From an uncultured Mycobacterium sp. (GTDB taxonomy: Bacteria; Actinomycetota; Actinomycetes; Mycobacteriales; Mycobacteriaceae), in contig CAZKUK010000004.1 in NCBI GenBank assembly GCA_964555915.1, positions 72,349 to 136,348 of the forward strand: DNA of 64,000 bases. Direction: 5' to 3'. A program made the position numbers and the translations under genes. Below the pieces are notes generated by a model, which saw nothing but the letters and a program-made list of their open reading frames with translations, did not search any database and was not told the origin of the DNA. Below are positions 60,022 to 64,000 of the stretch, piece after piece. Each line of letters starts with the position of its first letter. Position 1 is the first letter of the stretch.

Positions 60022-60927
60022 TCAGGCGAATCCGGCGGCAGTCTTGGCCGGAATCCCCGGGTGCAGAACCGCCACTGGACAGCCGGCGTGGGCGAGGACT
60101 TTCTGGGTGACCGAACCCATCACCAATCCGGCGAACCCACCCGATCCGCGGCTACCCACTACCAACAGCGCGGCGCCGTCGGCCTCGGCGAGAAGGACCT
60201 CGGTGGGACGCCCGGTGCCCTCCACGAAGGAGACCGGGACATCGGGAAAAGCAGCGGCATTGACGATCACCGGGGAATGGAAGGCACTGGTGTCCGAACC
60301 CGGGGTCGCATTCTTCGGGTCGATCTCCTCGATCTGCGGTGCCCCACGGCCCGGCTCGACGGACACCGCCACCACACCGCAGCCGATGGCGTCCGCATGC
60401 CGGAAAGCGAAGGCAGTGGCCCGGTTCGAGGCCGAGGACCCGTCGTAGCCGAGAACCACCTGACCGGGATTACCGGTCTCGGCCTCGGCAGGGAAGGGCA
60501 CCCCGCCCTCTTTGCCGGAGTGAACCACCACCACCGGACAGCGGGCATAGGGCGCCACGTGCATCGTGGTCGACCCGAGGAGCAGCCCCCGGAACCCCTC
60601 GCCGCCCCGCGAGCCCAGAACCACGACATCCGCCGTCTCGGCAGCCTGGAGCAGCGACCGCACGGGCGAGTCCGGCATCTGCAACGCACGGATCTGCAGT
60701 CCCGGATGTGCCGCGCGGGCCAACGCCACCGACTCGCCGAGCACCCCGGTCGGCTCCTCGAGGAGTGTGGGCAGCGCCTGCTCGTCGGGCCGGGCGTGCA
60801 AGACGGTCAGCGGCAACCGGTAAGCGACGGCGGTATTGGCAGCCCATCGCAGCGCCGCGAGACCGTGCTCTGATCCGTCCGCCCCGACAACGACTCCCGT
60901 CAGATCCGTACCGAGTCCCTCGATCAT
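60022..60927 (-). CDS. Tandem-domain universal stress protein
   Basis: VVGADGSEHG, VLGSRGGEGFRGLLLGSTT, VVGSRGSGGFAGLVMGSVT. Confidence 0.93.
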   Translation of the reverse strand: MIEGLGTDLTGVVVGADGSEHGLAALRWAANTAVAYRLPLTVLHARPDEQALPTLLEEPTGVLGESVALARAAHPGLQIRALQMPDSPVRSLLQAAETADVVVLGSRGGEGFRGLLLGSTTMHVAPYARCPVVVVHSGKEGGVPFPAEAETGNPGQVVLGYDGSSASNRATAFAFRHADAIGCGVVAVSVEPGRGAPQIEEIDPKNATPGSDTSAFHSPVIVNAAAFPDVPVSFVEGTGRPTEVLLAEADGAALLVVGSRGSGGFAGLVMGSVTQKVLAHAGCPVAVLHPGIPAKTAAGFA

Positions 60928-61058
60928 GGCAGTGCCTCCACTCTTTCGGTCCGCCCGAGCAAACACCGCACGCCGCGGGGTGTCAGGGGTACGGTACTGC
61001 GACAACGTCAGACAGACGATTCAGACCGAAGAACTACCCACAGTGATCCGGGGGCGCC

Positions 61059-62588
61059 ATGGAACACAGCCCAGCACTGCAGCACGCCCGCGAGCCTGAC
61101 CTGCAGGACAAGGGACTGTCCCGCAACTCCGTCGGCGTCCTGGGCAGCGTGGTTCTCGGAATCTCCTCGGTAGCCCCGGCCTACGTCCTGACCGCGACGA
61201 TCGGGATTCTGGTCACCCAGGCCGGCTCCAAAATGGCGGTGGTCATCATCGCCGGGTTCATCCCGATGTTCTTCGCCGCGTACGCCTACCGGGAGTTCAA
61301 CAAGGTCGCCCCGGACTGCGGCACATCGTTTACCTGGACCACCAAAGCCTTCGGGCCGTACGTGGGGTGGATGGGCGGCTGGGCGGCGATCCTGGCGACT
61401 GCCATCGTGTTGTCCAACCTGGCCGGGGTGGCGGTCGAGTTCTTCTATGAGTTCCTCGGCGACCTGTTCGGCAACAGGACGCTGGGCAGCCTGTGGGAAC
61501 ACCAGTGGATCAACGTGGGGACATGCATCTTCTTCCTCGCGGTCGCGACCTGGGTGGCCTACCGCGGTATCACCACCACCGAACGCGTGCAGTTCGGACT
61601 GGTCGGATTCCAGATGCTGCTGCTGCTGATCTTCGCCGGAATGGCGATCGTGAAATCCGGCTCCGCGCCCACCGGTTTGTCCTTCAACTGGGACTGGTTC
61701 TCCCCCGCCGGCCTGACCCTGTCGGCGTTTATCGCCGGGCTGTCCGGATCGATCTTCGCATTCTGGGGGTGGGACACCTGTCTGACGGTGAACGAGGAGT
61801 CCAAGGGTTCGGCGAAGACACCGGGGCGGGCCGCGCTGCTGACCGTGCTGTCGATCCTGCTGACCTACCTGCTCGTCGCCACCGCCACCCAGATGTACGC
61901 CGGGGTGGGCACCGAGGGTGTCGGGCTGGGTAACGAGGACAACTCCGCCAACGTCTTCTCCAAGTTGGCCGAACCGGTGCTGGGAAACCCCTGGCACCTG
62001 CTCCTCTATCTCGCGGTGCTCGCATCGAGTACGGCCAGTCTCATCACCACCTTCCTGCCCTCCTCGCGCACCATGCTCGGAATGGCCACCTACAAGGCAC
62101 TGCCACCCCGATTCGCCGCGATCCATCCGCGCTACTTGACACCCTCCTACGCCACGGTCGTGGCCGGAACGGTGGCTGGGGTGTTCTACACGTTCCTGCA
62201 TATTTTCAGCCGCAACGCTCTCACCGACACGATTTACGCACTCGGCATCATGATCTGCTTCTACTACGGCCTGACCGCGTTCGCCTGTGTCTGGTTCTTC
62301 CGCCACGAACTGTTCGCCAACGTATCGAGCTTTGTTTTCAAGCTGACCTTCCCGCTGCTGGGCGGCATCGGCCTGCTATTCGTGTTCGCCATTACCCTTC
62401 GCGACAGCGCATCGCCGGACTACGGCAGCGGCGCAAGCATTTTCGGAGTCGGCCTGGTGCTGATCCTCGGGCTGGGCCTGATCCTGCTGGGCGGGGTGCT
62501 GATGTTTGTCTGGCGGTCCAAATCGCCGGCGTTCTTCCGAGGTGAGACGCTGCGCAAGGACACCCCGGTGGTGATCATCGCCGACTGA
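61059..62588 (+). CDS. APC family amino acid/amine permease
   Basis: 12-TM pattern; LGISSVAPAY, PDCGTSFTW, FWGWDTCLTVNEE. Confidence 0.93.
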   Translation: MEHSPALQHAREPDLQDKGLSRNSVGVLGSVVLGISSVAPAYVLTATIGILVTQAGSKMAVVIIAGFIPMFFAAYAYREFNKVAPDCGTSFTWTTKAFGPYVGWMGGWAAILATAIVLSNLAGVAVEFFYEFLGDLFGNRTLGSLWEHQWINVGTCIFFLAVATWVAYRGITTTERVQFGLVGFQMLLLLIFAGMAIVKSGSAPTGLSFNWDWFSPAGLTLSAFIAGLSGSIFAFWGWDTCLTVNEESKGSAKTPGRAALLTVLSILLTYLLVATATQMYAGVGTEGVGLGNEDNSANVFSKLAEPVLGNPWHLLLYLAVLASSTASLITTFLPSSRTMLGMATYKALPPRFAAIHPRYLTPSYATVVAGTVAGVFYTFLHIFSRNALTDTIYALGIMICFYYGLTAFACVWFFRHELFANVSSFVFKLTFPLLGGIGLLFVFAITLRDSASPDYGSGASIFGVGLVLILGLGLILLGGVLMFVWRSKSPAFFRGETLRKDTPVVIIAD

Positions 62589-62611
62589 GACTGCCCGCCC
62601 CGCAGGCGGTC

Positions 62612-64000
62612 TCAACTGTGACAGGAGCCGGGCTGACCCTTCGATGTGCGAGGGGCATCGATCGACGGGTTCTGGTCGAAGAACCCCGTCGGTTTGAGCC
62701 AGAACGACACGGTATCGACCGACATGATCGGCCACTCCTCCATCCGGGTGATGTGGTGGATGCCGAAGACGTACCAGAGGACGATATCGGTGTCCTCCAA
62801 CGGGGCGTCATCCTTGACCCACTCGGTGATCCCGGTATCGACCTCCGACTGCACCGGGTAGGCGCCGGCCGGCCAGCGTTCCTCAGCGCTGTTCCGGGTA
62901 ACCCACAGCGTGTGCCCGATCACCGGTGCCCGCAGGTACTGCGGGGTGGTGGGATCCATCATCGGCGGGAAGCAGGCCCCCGGAACCAGCTTGTAGGCGA
63001 CGTTAGTGCCGTGCCGGTTGGTCTTGGCGGGGTTGACGACCTTCCAGGCGCGCTGGGTGGACCAGTCGAAATCGCGGGCCGACTCTGCCTCGGAGGTGAT
63101 CGGCGTGGACTGGGTTACCAATGCCAAACCGTAGGGATTGTCCTCGGACACCGGCGGTGCCACCGAGTCCACTTCGAACACGGTGTTGTTCTCGCCGTCG
63201 ACGTCGAGATCGAGCCGGGCCACCAGGAAGTGCTGATGGAATGGCGCATAGGTGTTGGTGTCGACCACCGTCCCGTAAGGTGGCGCACTCTGCCCCTCCG
63301 GATAGGGCGTGGTCACCATGATCCCGGTGGCGCGGACCTCGCACTCGATATTGCCGTCCTGGTAGAAGCGCCAGTAGACGAGGTACTCGTAATTGGCGAC
63401 GGTGGCGTGGCAGGACACCACCATCCGGCGCTGCCGCCGCACCTCGGCCCCGGTCTTGTGGTCGACGTGCTTCCACAGCACCGCGTTGTCTTCCTCGTGC
63501 AGACAGATCGCGTTGCGGATGGTGCGCGGCTCGCCGGTGGCGTCGGCCAGAACCGCGTCGACGTAGACGATCTCGCCGAGACAGTCGCAACCCAGTTCCA
63601 GCGAGGTGGTCATCGCGCCCAGACCCCACTCGCCGATGTCGTAGGCCGTCCTCCGGTAGTGGTCGAATGTCGGATCCCGGTAGGGGACGACCATCTCGGC
63701 GAACGACATCCGGTAGGCCACGTCGCGGGTCGTGCCGTCATCGTCGAAGGTCACCTGGTAGAGAACCGGGCCCTCGCGGTAGTTGAAGCCCAGCCGCATC
63801 GTCCAGTTCTGCCACTTCAGCTCGGTGCCGTCCATGCTGAACGACGGCCCGTCGGGCTGGGTGATGTTCAGCGACTTGAGGTCGGTGCGCATCGGCCTGC
63901 CGCTCACCTCGGGGATGTACTCGCAGTCGACATCGGGAAAGCCGTTGTCCGGTCCCAGCTCGATCTCCAGCAGTTCCAGGGTGTTGACATCCACGATCAG
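62612..64000 (-). CDS. Copper/TPQ primary-amine oxidase (3' part; runs off right edge)
   Basis: TVANYEY (TPQ precursor Tyr), FHQHF and GIHH copper ligands, LELGCDCLG, EEWPIM. Confidence 0.96.
   Translation of the reverse strand: MIVDVNTLELLEIELGPDNGFPDVDCEYIPEVSGRPMRTDLKSLNITQPDGPSFSMDGTELKWQNWTMRLGFNYREGPVLYQVTFDDDGTTRDVAYRMSFAEMVVPYRDPTFDHYRRTAYDIGEWGLGAMTTSLELGCDCLGEIVYVDAVLADATGEPRTIRNAICLHEEDNAVLWKHVDHKTGAEVRRQRRMVVSCHATVANYEYLVYWRFYQDGNIECEVRATGIMVTTPYPEGQSAPPYGTVVDTNTYAPFHQHFLVARLDLDVDGENNTVFEVDSVAPPVSEDNPYGLALVTQSTPITSEAESARDFDWSTQRAWKVVNPAKTNRHGTNVAYKLVPGACFPPMMDPTTPQYLRAPVIGHTLWVTRNSAEERWPAGAYPVQSEVDTGITEWVKDDAPLEDTDIVLWYVFGIHHITRMEEWPIMSVDTVSFWLKPTGFFDQNPSIDAPRTSKGQPGSCHS

Overview
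GC-rich mycobacterial chromosome segment, mostly conserved housekeeping genes. From left to right: uvrC, the riboflavin genes (ribH, ribBA, ribC, ribD) split by mgtE, lprG-P55, rpe-rsmB-fmt-priA, metK-coaBC-rpoZ-gmk-mihF, the pyrR-pyrB-pyrC-carA-carB-pyrF operon, nusB-efp-pepQ, aroQ-B-K-C-E, mltG-ruvX-alaS, rarA, aspS, hisS, ppiB, and a USP / APC permease / copper amine oxidase module at the right edge. I found no rRNA, tRNA, IS, integrase or CRISPR array. The most unusual observations are: (1) NusB fused in frame to a class I SAM methyltransferase; (2) a proline-rich upstream ORF whose stop sits just after the mgtE ribosome-binding site, reminiscent of MgtL; (3) a multi-hairpin leader before ribBA that does not resemble an FMN riboswitch; (4) a duplicated 32-bp MIRU-like unit forming a chain of mini-ORFs that could translationally couple pyrR to pyrB; (5) a 3x17-bp repeat that triplicates a start codon; (6) a cNMP-domain ABC transporter appended to lprG-P55; (7) a one-base frameshift in an alpha/beta hydrolase. 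All assignments come from motif and family recognition and from gene order as I recall it; no searches were run.
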